Below, in pieces: positions 56,759-63,807 of a stretch of 64,000 nucleotides of DNA. The stretch lies in the sequence record OZ035757.1. The stretch is one strand, 5' to 3'. The DNA comes from Felixounavirus LF82P9. The notes under the pieces are model-generated. The model was not told the origin of the DNA, did not search any database, and worked only from the letters and a program-made list of their open reading frames with translations. A program made the position numbers and the translations under genes. Position 1 is the stretch's first letter. Each line of letters begins with the position of its first letter.

Positions 56759-58174
56759 ATGAGCGAATTATTTAAACATGCGCACCTTCATGCAGGTCGA
56801 ACTGAAAATGGTGCTGTAAACCATACTTCATCAATGTCTGCTCTTGTGGACTTTTACAAAGCTGCTGGTTCTAGCCGTAGCAATGTAGAAATCTTACCAG
56901 ACTTGTTCTACAAAGCTTTGCATGAGGATGTTGATGTTGCAGTTCGTATTTTACTGCATATGCGAGATGTACGAGAAGGTATGGGTGAGCGTAAAGCTTT
57001 CCGAACTGTTTTACTTCAAGCGATTGAAGATAAAGTTCTAGAGTCTACACAGGTTCTTCGCATTATGGATAAGATTGCAGAGCTTGGTCGCTTTGATGAT
57101 TTCAAAATCTTCGTGGGTACTCGTTTCGAGACAGATGCCTTCAAGCATTTAGAAGCAGCATTACTAGACCCTGCAACAGCAGGTTTGGCAGCTAAGTGGT
57201 TACCACGAGTCAAACCACGTCATAAGCAGTTTGTAAAACGTTTCTGCAAGTTTGCCAACTTGAGTGAGAAAGAGTACCGCACACTGTTGTCTGCACTATC
57301 TGATACAGTTGAGCAAAAAATCTCTGCTAATGAGTTTGGTAAGATTGACTACAGTAAGATTCCTTCACTTGCTGCTGCACGTTACCAAAAACTGTTTAAC
57401 CGTAAAGATGGAGAGCGTTACAAAGCTTACATCGAGTCCTTATCAAAAGGTGAGACTAAGATTAACGCTGGTGCTGTTTACCCATACGATGTGATTAAAT
57501 CTGTCAAGTATGGTAATGCAGATGTTGCTAATGAGCAGTGGAAAGCACTACCAAACTGGATGGCAGAAGGTGAAAACATCTTGTGTATGTCTGATGTATC
57601 AAGTTCAATGTCTTGGGTGAATTTTGGCTCCATTACTGCTCTGGATATTGGTGTATCACTTGCCTTGTATGTAGCAGAACGCAATACAGGTTGCTTTAAG
57701 AATGAGTTAATGGTTTATTCAACAAACCCTCACTTCATCGAACTGAGTGGTGATTTACGAAACCGTCATCGTCAGGTGATGCGACACGTTGAATATGGCT
57801 CAACTAACTTACAAGCAGCTTTTGACCGCATTCTTGAAACAGGTAAAAGAAACAACTTGACTCAGAAAGATATGCCAAGTAAGCTTATCATCTTCTCCGA
57901 TATGGAGTTCAATCAGGTTGATGGAGCTAACGGTCGTACAAACTTTGAAGCAATTCAGAGTAAGTACAAAAAAGCTGGATATGAGATGCCACAACTGGTA
58001 TTCTGGTACTTAGCAAACCGTAATGGTACTTGCGAAGTATCTGTTAAGGATAACGGTGTAGCAATGGTATCAGGGTTCTCTCCAGCCACTTTAAAAGCTC
58101 TGCTTGGTGGTGAGAAGTTTGACCCAATCAGTGTAATGCTCAAAGCAGTAATGATTGACCGTTATATCTGGTAA
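56759..58174 (+). CDS. vWA-domain protein with large N-terminal helical domain (Ro60/TROVE-like architecture)
   Basis: C-terminal region has MIDAS-like D-x-S-x-S (CMSDVSSSM), downstream T and D (LIIFSDMEF); ~280-aa N-terminal domain; directly upstream of tRNA array. Confidence 0.5.
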   Translation: MSELFKHAHLHAGRTENGAVNHTSSMSALVDFYKAAGSSRSNVEILPDLFYKALHEDVDVAVRILLHMRDVREGMGERKAFRTVLLQAIEDKVLESTQVLRIMDKIAELGRFDDFKIFVGTRFETDAFKHLEAALLDPATAGLAAKWLPRVKPRHKQFVKRFCKFANLSEKEYRTLLSALSDTVEQKISANEFGKIDYSKIPSLAAARYQKLFNRKDGERYKAYIESLSKGETKINAGAVYPYDVIKSVKYGNADVANEQWKALPNWMAEGENILCMSDVSSSMSWVNFGSITALDIGVSLALYVAERNTGCFKNELMVYSTNPHFIELSGDLRNRHRQVMRHVEYGSTNLQAAFDRILETGKRNNLTQKDMPSKLIIFSDMEFNQVDGANGRTNFEAIQSKYKKAGYEMPQLVFWYLANRNGTCEVSVKDNGVAMVSGFSPATLKALLGGEKFDPISVMLKAVMIDRYIW

Positions 58175-58192
58175 AAAGTTTTAAAAAGGGTA

Positions 58193-58221
58193 TTGACAAT
58201 GTGTTTAATACCCTTTAATAT
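58193..58221 (+). promoter_or_regulatory. sigma70-like promoter overlapping hairpin
   Basis: TTGACA, 17-nt spacer, TAATAT; -35 lies in loop of stem aagggtatt/aataccctt. Confidence 0.5.
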
Positions 58222-58339
58222 GTTCTACATAGAAGCGAAATGAGAGCTTTTCTAAGATACTGAAAAATATTTTAAAAAAGTTCTTGACAACCACTAAAAA
58301 ATAATGTTAAAGTGGTTACATAGAGTTTGAAAAGTTTAT

Positions 58340-58416
58340 CTCTGTTTAGCTCAGCTTGGTAGAGCGTTCCGTTTGGGGCGGTAAGGCCGGAGGTTCAAGT
58401 CCTCCAACAGAGACCA
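58340..58416 (+). tRNA. tRNA-Pro(TGG)
   Basis: Cloverleaf; acceptor ctctgtt/aacagag; anticodon loop ttTGGgg; T-loop TTCAAGT; CCA encoded. Confidence 0.75.
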
Positions 58417-58423
58417 AATTAAT

Positions 58424-58501
58424 GTTCCAGTAGACAAAATGGTAAAGTCACCACTCTTTCAAAGTGGATATCTGAGGGTTCAAATCCCTTCTGGAACGCC
58501 A
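58424..58501 (+). tRNA. tRNA-Glu(TTC)
   Basis: Acceptor gttccag/ctggaac; anticodon loop ctTTCaa; T-loop TTCAAAT; CCA encoded. Confidence 0.8.
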
Positions 58502-58508
58502 GTTTTGA

Positions 58509-58581
58509 CAGAAGACCAATTACAGCAAACTTAATCTTATTCATCTGAAGGTAAATCGGACAAAGAAGAGATTTGGTCTGG
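58509..58581 (+). other. box-bounded spacer element E1 (candidate small structured RNA)
   Basis: 5' box CAGAAGACCaaTTACAGCAAA, 3' box tGGTCTGGt; AGACC/GGTCT can pair; family recurs at 58676, 59133, 59220. Confidence 0.4.
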
Positions 58582-58592
58582 TCATTAAGAAT

Positions 58593-58669
58593 TGCGGGTA
58601 TAGAGAAAGGGCGTCTCACATGTCTCATTAGCATGGTATCGGCAGGTTCGACTCCTGCACCCGCCTCCA
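58593..58669 (+). tRNA. tRNA-Met-like(CAT), atypical
   Basis: Anticodon loop ctCATta; T-loop TTCGACT; CCA encoded; 1:72 mismatch (U-C) and extra nt before D-stem. Confidence 0.5.
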
Positions 58670-58675
58670 AATTTA

Positions 58676-58741
58676 CAGAAGACCGTTTACAGCAAAATTG
58701 AATGAAATTTTTAGCGGAAAAAATTGAAAGATACGGTCTGG
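58676..58741 (+). other. box-bounded spacer element E2
   Basis: 5' box CAGAAGACCgtTTACAGCAAA, 3' box cGGTCTGGt. Confidence 0.4.
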
Positions 58742-58754
58742 TAATACTAAACAT

Positions 58755-58831
58755 GGTTAGGAAGCACATAAGGTATGTGCGGTCGCCTGTTAAGCGAATG
58801 GCACAGGGTTCGAATCCCTGACTAACCGCCA
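58755..58831 (+). tRNA. tRNA-Asn(GTT)
   Basis: Anticodon loop ctGTTaa; T-loop TTCGAAT; CCA encoded. Confidence 0.8.
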
Positions 58832-58900
58832 AATTTAGGAGAGAAGCGATTGCTCACCGATTTGTAAGGTGCAAGTCCTTAGCCTGAATAGAAATTAAAT

Positions 58901-58988
58901 GTGTCGTTATCCCGTAGATGGTAGCGGTGGGGACTGTAAATCCCTTGTCATTGAGACTCGGTAGGTTCGACTCCTACACGGCACACCA
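58901..58988 (+). tRNA. tRNA-Tyr(GTA)
   Basis: Anticodon loop ctGTAaa; long variable arm; T-loop TTCGACT; CCA encoded. Confidence 0.8.
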
Positions 58989-58993
58989 ATAAA

Positions 58994-59071
58994 GGTTATG
59001 TAGTTTAATTTGGTTAAAATACTCCCCTGTCACGGGAGATGATGAGGGTTCAAATCCCTTCGTAACCGCCA
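58994..59071 (+). tRNA. tRNA-Asp(GTC)
   Basis: Anticodon loop ctGTCac; T-loop TTCAAAT; CCA encoded. Confidence 0.8.
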
Positions 59072-59132
59072 ATTTTGAGAGGGCTATTTAGCCCCTCCCT
59101 TAAAGGGTTCTTACGAGTATCCTTTAAAGGAG

Positions 59133-59206
59133 CAGAAGACCAAATACAGCAAGAACGTATGAAATTTCAAGCCAATTTAATTTTGAAAATTTAAAACTTG
59201 GTCTGG
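59133..59206 (+). other. box-bounded spacer element E3
   Basis: 5' box CAGAAGACCaaaTACAGCAAg, 3' box tGGTCTGGc. Confidence 0.4.
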
Positions 59207-59219
59207 CTCAACAAATTTA

Positions 59220-59351
59220 CAGAAGACCGTTTACAGCAAAACTTAAACAATCTATTTCTCCGGTAAAGAAAAGGCGAAGGTTCGATTCCTTCACTCGGCA
59301 GAGGTCGAGTTGGTGTAATGGTAGCACTTAAGATGATAAACAACGGTCTGG
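59220..59351 (+). other. box-bounded spacer element E4 (contains tRNA-fragment-like segments)
   Basis: 5' box CAGAAGACCgtTTACAGCAAA, 3' box cGGTCTGGt; interior holds T-arm plus 3'-acceptor-like segment without a matching 5' acceptor. Confidence 0.4.
59276..59300 (+). pseudogene. tRNA 3'-half-like remnant (T-arm only)
   Basis: gaagg-TTCGATT-ccttc followed by actcggc; no complementary 5' acceptor strand found within 200 nt upstream. Confidence 0.35.
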
Positions 59352-59500
59352 TAATTATCTTTGTAGATAAGTTATTAAGCTTACCTGTGAGTATGCGACC
59401 ACAAAGGGTGAAAGGGTAAATTCTAGATTTAAACCCAAAAAGGCACATCGCTACAGACCTTAAGCAAGTCTGGGTAGCTTATCTACAAAGATAATTTAAT

Positions 59501-59576
59501 GGAAGTGTAGCAGAATGGTGATGCGGCAGACTTTTAATCTGACAGGCGATGGGTTCGAATCCCTCCACTTCTACCA
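59501..59576 (+). tRNA. tRNA-Lys(TTT)
   Basis: Anticodon loop ctTTTaa; T-loop TTCGAAT; CCA encoded. Confidence 0.8.
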
Positions 59577-59581
59577 AAAAT

Positions 59582-59658
59582 GGTTCAGTCGCAGATAAGG
59601 TAATGCAAGGGTTTCATAAGCCCTATGAATGTGGGTTCGATTCCCACCTGAACCTCCA
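59582..59658 (+). tRNA. tRNA-Met(CAT) (or Ile-lysidine type)
   Basis: Anticodon loop ttCATaa; T-loop TTCGATT; CCA encoded. Confidence 0.75.
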
Positions 59659-59659
59659 A

Positions 59660-59735
59660 GCTGGTATAGTTAAGAAGGTTATAACACTCCCCTGATAAGG
59701 GAACATCGGTGGTTCGATTCCACCTACCAGTACCA
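59660..59735 (+). tRNA. tRNA-Ile(GAT)
   Basis: Anticodon loop ctGATaa; T-loop TTCGATT; CCA encoded. Confidence 0.8.
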
Positions 59736-59750
59736 ATTTCAATAAAGTTG

Positions 59751-59779
59751 TTGACATTGAGATGTGACTACTTTATAGT
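59751..59779 (+). promoter_or_regulatory. sigma70-like promoter inside tRNA array
   Basis: TTGACA, 17-nt spacer, TATAGT. Confidence 0.55.
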
Positions 59780-60010
59780 AACCTTAGTTTTCGTTGCGTA
59801 GCGTCTATTTTGCAAATTTAAAATAAATGCAAACGACAATGTTTTTCTGGCAGTAGCTTGATAGGCTAAACACCAGTGAGGTCTTCCAATCCCTCATCAA
59901 AGAATTTGGCGTACTAGCCCACGGTATGATTAATAAGGTGGGCAACATTCTAAAGGGTATCCCTTATGGGGCTTGGCTTAAATGCAATAAGTACCCTTTA
60001 AAATGTTAAT

Positions 60011-60087
60011 GCACCCTTAGTTCAATTGGATAGAGCAACGGTCTTCTAAATCGTTAGTTACAGGTTCGAATCCTGTAGGGTGTACCA
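60011..60087 (+). tRNA. tRNA-Arg(TCT)
   Basis: Anticodon loop ctTCTaa; T-loop TTCGAAT; CCA encoded. Confidence 0.8.
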
Positions 60088-60229
60088 AATAGTTAGCAGA
60101 TTGCTTAGACGACCTTATCGGGTCTCCGTGTAAGGAGGTGGTCTGTATCTCATGTTTTCCAGAACATGTAAATAATCTGAGAAGGGGCTTGACAGTGTTG
60201 AGATAATACGGTAAGCTTCGAATTGTAGT

Positions 60230-60312
60230 GTGGGACGATGTTAAGACTCTAAGGCATGAGCAACGGCCTCCAAAACCGTTTCAAAGGGGTTCAACTCCTC
60301 CGTCCCATGCCA
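60230..60312 (+). tRNA. tRNA-Trp-like(CCA), atypical
   Basis: Acceptor gtgggac/gtcccat and T-loop TTCAACT clear; anticodon loop ctCCAaa; ~8 extra nt between acceptor and D-stem. Confidence 0.4.
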
Positions 60313-60325
60313 AAGTCTTATTAGG

Positions 60326-60413
60326 GGTAGGTAGCGGCTAATGGCAGCCAAACAGTCTTGAAAACTGTTGCCACTGTAGAGATACGGTGAGGGTTCGACT
60401 CCTTTACTTACCG
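60326..60413 (+). tRNA. tRNA-Ser(TGA)
   Basis: Anticodon loop ctTGAaa; long variable arm; T-loop TTCGACT; CCA not encoded. Confidence 0.8.
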
Positions 60414-60671
60414 CCTAATAAGATTTTACACCGTCCATGCTTGCTCGCATTTTCGGTTTATCCCTCGTGTATTGTCGTACACACTGATAAAGCACCTAGT
60501 AGGTGTCACGGAGAAGAGATAATATCAAGCTCTCCAAAGGTTCTAGTCACCGGATTAAACAAGACTATGCAAAGACCTTTTTAGGTCTTTTTAGAGGGCT
60601 TCTAAGGTTATTACAGCTTGTTGTGGAACCTTGTTGCTTAGGTTCTTAGAAGTTCTCTAAAAAGATTTAAT

Positions 60672-60749
60672 GGGAGATTGACGGTAATTGGTAAACCTAC
60701 CATCCTTAGAAGTTGGTGTTTGAGGGTTCGAATCCCTTGTCTCCTACCA
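60672..60749 (+). tRNA. tRNA with anticodon TAG (Leu by anticodon), short variable arm
   Basis: Acceptor gggagat/gtctcct; anticodon loop ctTAGaa; T-loop TTCGAAT; CCA encoded; A73; anticodon stem has one mismatch. Confidence 0.5.
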
Positions 60750-60756
60750 AATTAAT

Positions 60757-60832
60757 GCAGGTGTAGCAAAATGGTTATGCGGCTGACTCTTAATCAGTAA
60801 GACGATGGGTTCAATTCCCTCCACCTGTACCA
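60757..60832 (+). tRNA. tRNA-Lys(CTT)
   Basis: Anticodon loop ctCTTaa; near-paralogue of tRNA-Lys(TTT); CCA encoded. Confidence 0.75.
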
Positions 60833-60838
60833 AAAAAT

Positions 60839-60914
60839 GGGGTCATAGTTTATATGGTTAAAATTCGAGTTTTGCAAACTTGGGAACTGAGTTCAATTCT
60901 CAGTGACTCCACCA
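60839..60914 (+). tRNA. tRNA-Ala(TGC)
   Basis: Anticodon loop ttTGCaa; G3-U70 wobble pair in acceptor stem; CCA encoded. Confidence 0.8.
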
Positions 60915-60920
60915 ATTAGT

Positions 60921-60995
60921 GCATCCATAGTTTAAACGGGAAAATTACAGTCTTCCAAACTGAGGTTGAGGGTTCGATTCCCTCTGGATGCTCCA
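60921..60995 (+). tRNA. tRNA-Gly(TCC)
   Basis: Anticodon loop ctTCCaa; T-loop TTCGATT; CCA encoded. Confidence 0.8.
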
Positions 60996-61002
60996 AATTA
61001 AT

Positions 61003-61078
61003 GCTCCTATCGTATAATTGGCTATTACGGTTGCCTTGTAAGCAACTTATCAGGGTTCGAATCCTTGTGGGAGCACCA
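61003..61078 (+). tRNA. tRNA-Thr(TGT)
   Basis: Anticodon loop ctTGTaa; perfect anticodon stem; CCA encoded. Confidence 0.8.
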
Positions 61079-61174
61079 ATTCAGAGGTCAAGTGAAAGAC
61101 CGCTTTGAGTCAACTGAAGACCGTAACAAATTCCACGGAGTTGAGTTAGCGGCACAACTTCAGACCTCTTTCAC

Positions 61175-61249
61175 ACTCGCTTAGTTTATATGGTAAAACA
61201 CCACCCTTACAAGATGAAGAAAAAGGTTCAAGTCCTTTAGTGAGTACCA
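61175..61249 (+). tRNA. tRNA-Val-like(TAC)
   Basis: Acceptor, D and T arms good; anticodon loop ctTACaa but anticodon stem only 3 of 5 pairs. Confidence 0.5.
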
Positions 61250-61250
61250 T

Positions 61251-61328
61251 GTTCCAGTATCCCAATTGGCAGAGGATGCAAGCTCAAACCTTGTATTAGT
61301 GACGGTTCGAATCCGTCTTGGAACACCA
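61251..61328 (+). tRNA. tRNA with anticodon CAA (Leu by anticodon), short variable arm
   Basis: Anticodon loop ctCAAac; 3-bp D-stem with long D-loop; 6-nt variable region; A73; CCA encoded. Confidence 0.55.
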
Positions 61329-61333
61329 ATTTT

Positions 61334-61409
61334 GCAGGATTAGTTCAAATGGATAGAGCAACAGTCTACGAAGCTGTTAATAGGGGTTCGAACCCCTTAT
61401 CCTGCACCA
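61334..61409 (+). tRNA. tRNA-Arg(ACG)
   Basis: Anticodon loop ctACGaa; T-loop TTCGAAC; CCA encoded. Confidence 0.8.
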
Positions 61410-61427
61410 GATAAGCAAGAGGAATTT

Positions 61428-61670
61428 ATGCAAACATTAATCGTCGTTGAACATGAAAATTCCAATAGTATTGAGTTTGTAAGGGTTCCCACTATAGATA
61501 CCCACATTTTCTTAAAAGTCGGATGGGAATGCGACCCAATAAAAGTAGAAAGATTTATTGGTCATTGCTTTGGTGGAAGACAACTTAAAAGTGTCAATTT
61601 TGAGACAATGTTACCAGAAAGCTCAGAAACAAGTAATAATGCTTACCTCCTTACGAGGGTTAGACAATGA
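61428..61670 (+). CDS. hypothetical protein inside tRNA array
   Basis: ORF track; starts 18 nt after tRNA-Arg. Confidence 0.4.
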   Translation: MQTLIVVEHENSNSIEFVRVPTIDTHIFLKVGWECDPIKVERFIGHCFGGRQLKSVNFETMLPESSETSNNAYLLTRVRQ

Positions 61671-62224
61671 GATACTTAAAATATGCTTCATGGATTTTCT
61701 TAGCTTTGCTAGAACCACTTGCAGCAATACTAGCAGTTATCTTAGCACCTTTTGTAGTTCCATTCTACAGTGAGAAGAAAGGACACTTACCTTTCGGGTT
61801 CAGATGGATGGAGACATATGACAACCCAATTGATGGTGATGAAGGTCACGTTAAAAGATGGGCTAATATCAGATGGATTGGTAAACTAGGTGTCTACATG
61901 CAAAGAGTCGGATGGCTCTGGAGAAACAAAGCTTATAACTTCTCTTACCATGTATTAGGAAGAGATGTAAAAGATGTTACTAAGTGGAAAGGTAATATCA
62001 ACGTAAGTTCTGACCCTGAAGATAATCAGACAGGTTATCTCCTAATGTGGAACAGTAATGCTTGGGGATTATTCGCTTTTATCCCATCAATTAAAATCTT
62101 TGGTAAACAATTTTACTGGAGAATTTATATTGGATGGAAACTAAAAAGTGTTGTCCCAGAAGAAAGAGCATTCTCAAGGGAAAGAGTTATGTTGGCATTC
62201 TTTATTCATCCACTGAGAAAGTAA
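61667..62224 (+). CDS. Trp-rich membrane protein inside tRNA array
   Basis: N-terminal TM (WIFLALLEPLAAILAVILAPFVV); ATGA overlap with upstream ORF. Confidence 0.45.
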   Translation: MRYLKYASWIFLALLEPLAAILAVILAPFVVPFYSEKKGHLPFGFRWMETYDNPIDGDEGHVKRWANIRWIGKLGVYMQRVGWLWRNKAYNFSYHVLGRDVKDVTKWKGNINVSSDPEDNQTGYLLMWNSNAWGLFAFIPSIKIFGKQFYWRIYIGWKLKSVVPEERAFSRERVMLAFFIHPLRK

Positions 62225-62232
62225 AGATTTAA

Positions 62233-62308
62233 AGGGGATTAGTTTACAAGGTTAAAACCTCGGTCTTTGAAATCGAAGAAGTTGGTTCAATTCCAACATC
62301 CCCCGCCA
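62233..62308 (+). tRNA. tRNA-Gln(TTG)
   Basis: Anticodon loop ctTTGaa; T-loop TTCAATT; A1-C72 mismatch; CCA encoded. Confidence 0.75.
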
Positions 62309-62310
62309 AT

Positions 62311-62389
62311 GCTCCATTACTCCAATTGGCAGAGAGGCCAGACTTAAAATCTGTGTTATGTATCGGTTCGAATCCGATATGGAGTACCA
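62311..62389 (+). tRNA. tRNA with anticodon TAA (Leu by anticodon), short variable arm
   Basis: Anticodon loop ctTAAaa; D-arm paralogous to the CAA tRNA; A73; CCA encoded. Confidence 0.55.
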
Positions 62390-62394
62390 AATTT

Positions 62395-62470
62395 AGCGGC
62401 ATAGCATAACTGGCAATGCAGCAGTCTCTGAAGCTGTCTTATTAAGGTTCAAATCCTTATGCCGCTGCCA
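62395..62470 (+). tRNA. tRNA-Gln(CTG)
   Basis: Anticodon loop ctCTGaa; T-loop TTCAAAT; CCA encoded. Confidence 0.8.
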
Positions 62471-62501
62471 CTTCTAAGGATTCTTACGAGAGTCCTTAAA
62501 T

Positions 62502-62577
62502 GTGGCCTTATCATAAATGGTAATGACCCATGCTGTGAACATGGTCTATACGGGTTCAAATCCCGTAGGTCACCCCA
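62502..62577 (+). tRNA. tRNA-His(GTG)
   Basis: Anticodon loop ctGTGaa; perfect anticodon stem; C73; CCA encoded. Confidence 0.8.
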
Positions 62578-62582
62578 ATTTA

Positions 62583-62659
62583 TAGTCCAAGTAGCTTATA
62601 TGGTTAAAGCGCGTGTCTGAAAAACATGAGAAGAGGGTTCAAATCCCACTGGACTACCA
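62583..62659 (+). tRNA. tRNA-Phe(GAA)
   Basis: Anticodon loop ctGAAaa; D-arm ta-gctt...aagc; acceptor register ambiguous by 2 nt. Confidence 0.65.
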
Positions 62660-62675
62660 ATTTCAAAGGTGCTTA

Positions 62676-63410
62676 ATGAAAGAGATGACAGAACAAGGTA
62701 AGGAGATTTTCAATCTCTTAAAAACCGGTAAAGGGTTTTCTAACCCCCTTATTACTGGTGCAGCAGTTCTCGGTGGAACCGTAGCTGCCTCTACATCACT
62801 TGTAAGCTCTATTAGCTCTGTATCAGACCCTGCAGTAAAGGATAAGCTTGTTGCTGCTGGACTTACAACAGTTCTGCTTAACAGCTTTACCACGAGTCTG
62901 ACAAGCACTACATCAACTACCAAAACACTAACAGATTACGGTCAAAAGTCCATTGATGAGTTTTCATCACGTATGCAGGTAGCAAAAGGTTACTCTAATG
63001 TTATGGGTGCAGCAGGTGAACAAGTTGGCTGTACACCATTTAGTGGTATTATGGGTGTTGCTACAGAGTATGGTCAAAAAGCTATTGATACGATTAACAG
63101 TGCACTAGATAGTGTTAATGGTGTGTTAAGTGACTTACAAGATGCTATTGACAAAGGTCTTGATACTATTTCTGATTTAGCTGAGCAAGCTGTTAGTAAG
63201 ATTAATGAAGGTATTTCAAAAATTACAGCTTATGCAGATGAAGTTGTGCAGATGATTGAAGAAGAAGCTGCTCTTATTGCAGAGTACCTTAAAACGAATA
63301 TCAATGGGTTCTTAGCAGGTATCTTACCAGACTGGTTTGATGATGCTTGTAAAACTGGTGTAATTGACACTATTGCAACACCAGAAATGAAGAACGCATT
63401 ACAGAAATAA
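62676..63410 (+). CDS. Ser/Thr-rich membrane protein inside tRNA array
   Basis: ORF 62613-63410 trimmed to Met after tRNA-Phe; hydrophobic segment then S/T-rich tract; stop 2 nt before tRNA-Ser. Confidence 0.45.
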   Translation: MKEMTEQGKEIFNLLKTGKGFSNPLITGAAVLGGTVAASTSLVSSISSVSDPAVKDKLVAAGLTTVLLNSFTTSLTSTTSTTKTLTDYGQKSIDEFSSRMQVAKGYSNVMGAAGEQVGCTPFSGIMGVATEYGQKAIDTINSALDSVNGVLSDLQDAIDKGLDTISDLAEQAVSKINEGISKITAYADEVVQMIEEEAALIAEYLKTNINGFLAGILPDWFDDACKTGVIDTIATPEMKNALQK

Positions 63411-63412
63411 AT

Positions 63413-63505
63413 GGAAGATTAACCCTAAAAGGTAAGGGAGCAGTTTGCTAAACTGCCAGTAGCTGAGAAATCGGTGTACCAGTTCAAGTCTGGTATCTTC
63501 CTCCA
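63413..63505 (+). tRNA. tRNA-Ser(GCT)
   Basis: Anticodon loop ttGCTaa; long variable arm; perfect acceptor ggaagat/atcttcc; CCA encoded. Confidence 0.85.
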
Positions 63506-63509
63506 ATTT

Positions 63510-63585
63510 GAATCCGTGACAGAAATGGCTATGTGCCTGTCTGCAAAACAGGTTTATAAGGGTTCGAGTCCCTTCGGATTCTCCA
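63510..63585 (+). tRNA. tRNA-Cys(GCA)
   Basis: Anticodon loop ctGCAaa; perfect anticodon stem; CCA encoded. Confidence 0.85.
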
Positions 63586-63621
63586 ATTTATTTTACTCTC
63601 TCTCAATTAAAATAATAATAA

Positions 63622-63681
63622 TGCCCTGCTATAAGTATTCTTCCTTTCGCTACCGAAGAGTATTTTTAGACAGGGCTTTTT
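63622..63681 (+). terminator. rho-independent terminator closing tRNA array
   Basis: Long imperfect hairpin closed by gccctg/cagggc then TTTTTT. Confidence 0.6.
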
Positions 63682-63807
63682 TACAGAGTTATACTTTATA
63701 AGAAGCCTTATACAGTATGTCTCTGACGTACATTGTGGTTTCTCCTTGACGGTCTCTGTACCGTCTTTTTTAAGGGGAAACATGATTAACTATTTGGAGA
63801 AAACATA

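Noticed and set aside
58419-58832. Minus-strand ORF of 137 aa across the tRNA array
   Set aside because: Antisense to three well-formed tRNA genes and rich in residues from T-arm reverse complements; used only as a coordinate anchor.
59191-59448. Minus-strand ORF of 85 aa in the tRNA array
   Set aside because: Overlaps the box-bounded spacer elements antisense; no RBS; most likely spurious.
60387-60584. Plus-strand ORF starting inside tRNA-Ser(TGA)
   Set aside because: Starts with GTG within the tRNA T-arm; no RBS; spurious.
63474-63701. Plus-strand ORF spanning tRNA-Ser(GCT), tRNA-Cys and the terminator
   Set aside because: Runs through two canonical tRNAs and a terminator hairpin; spurious.
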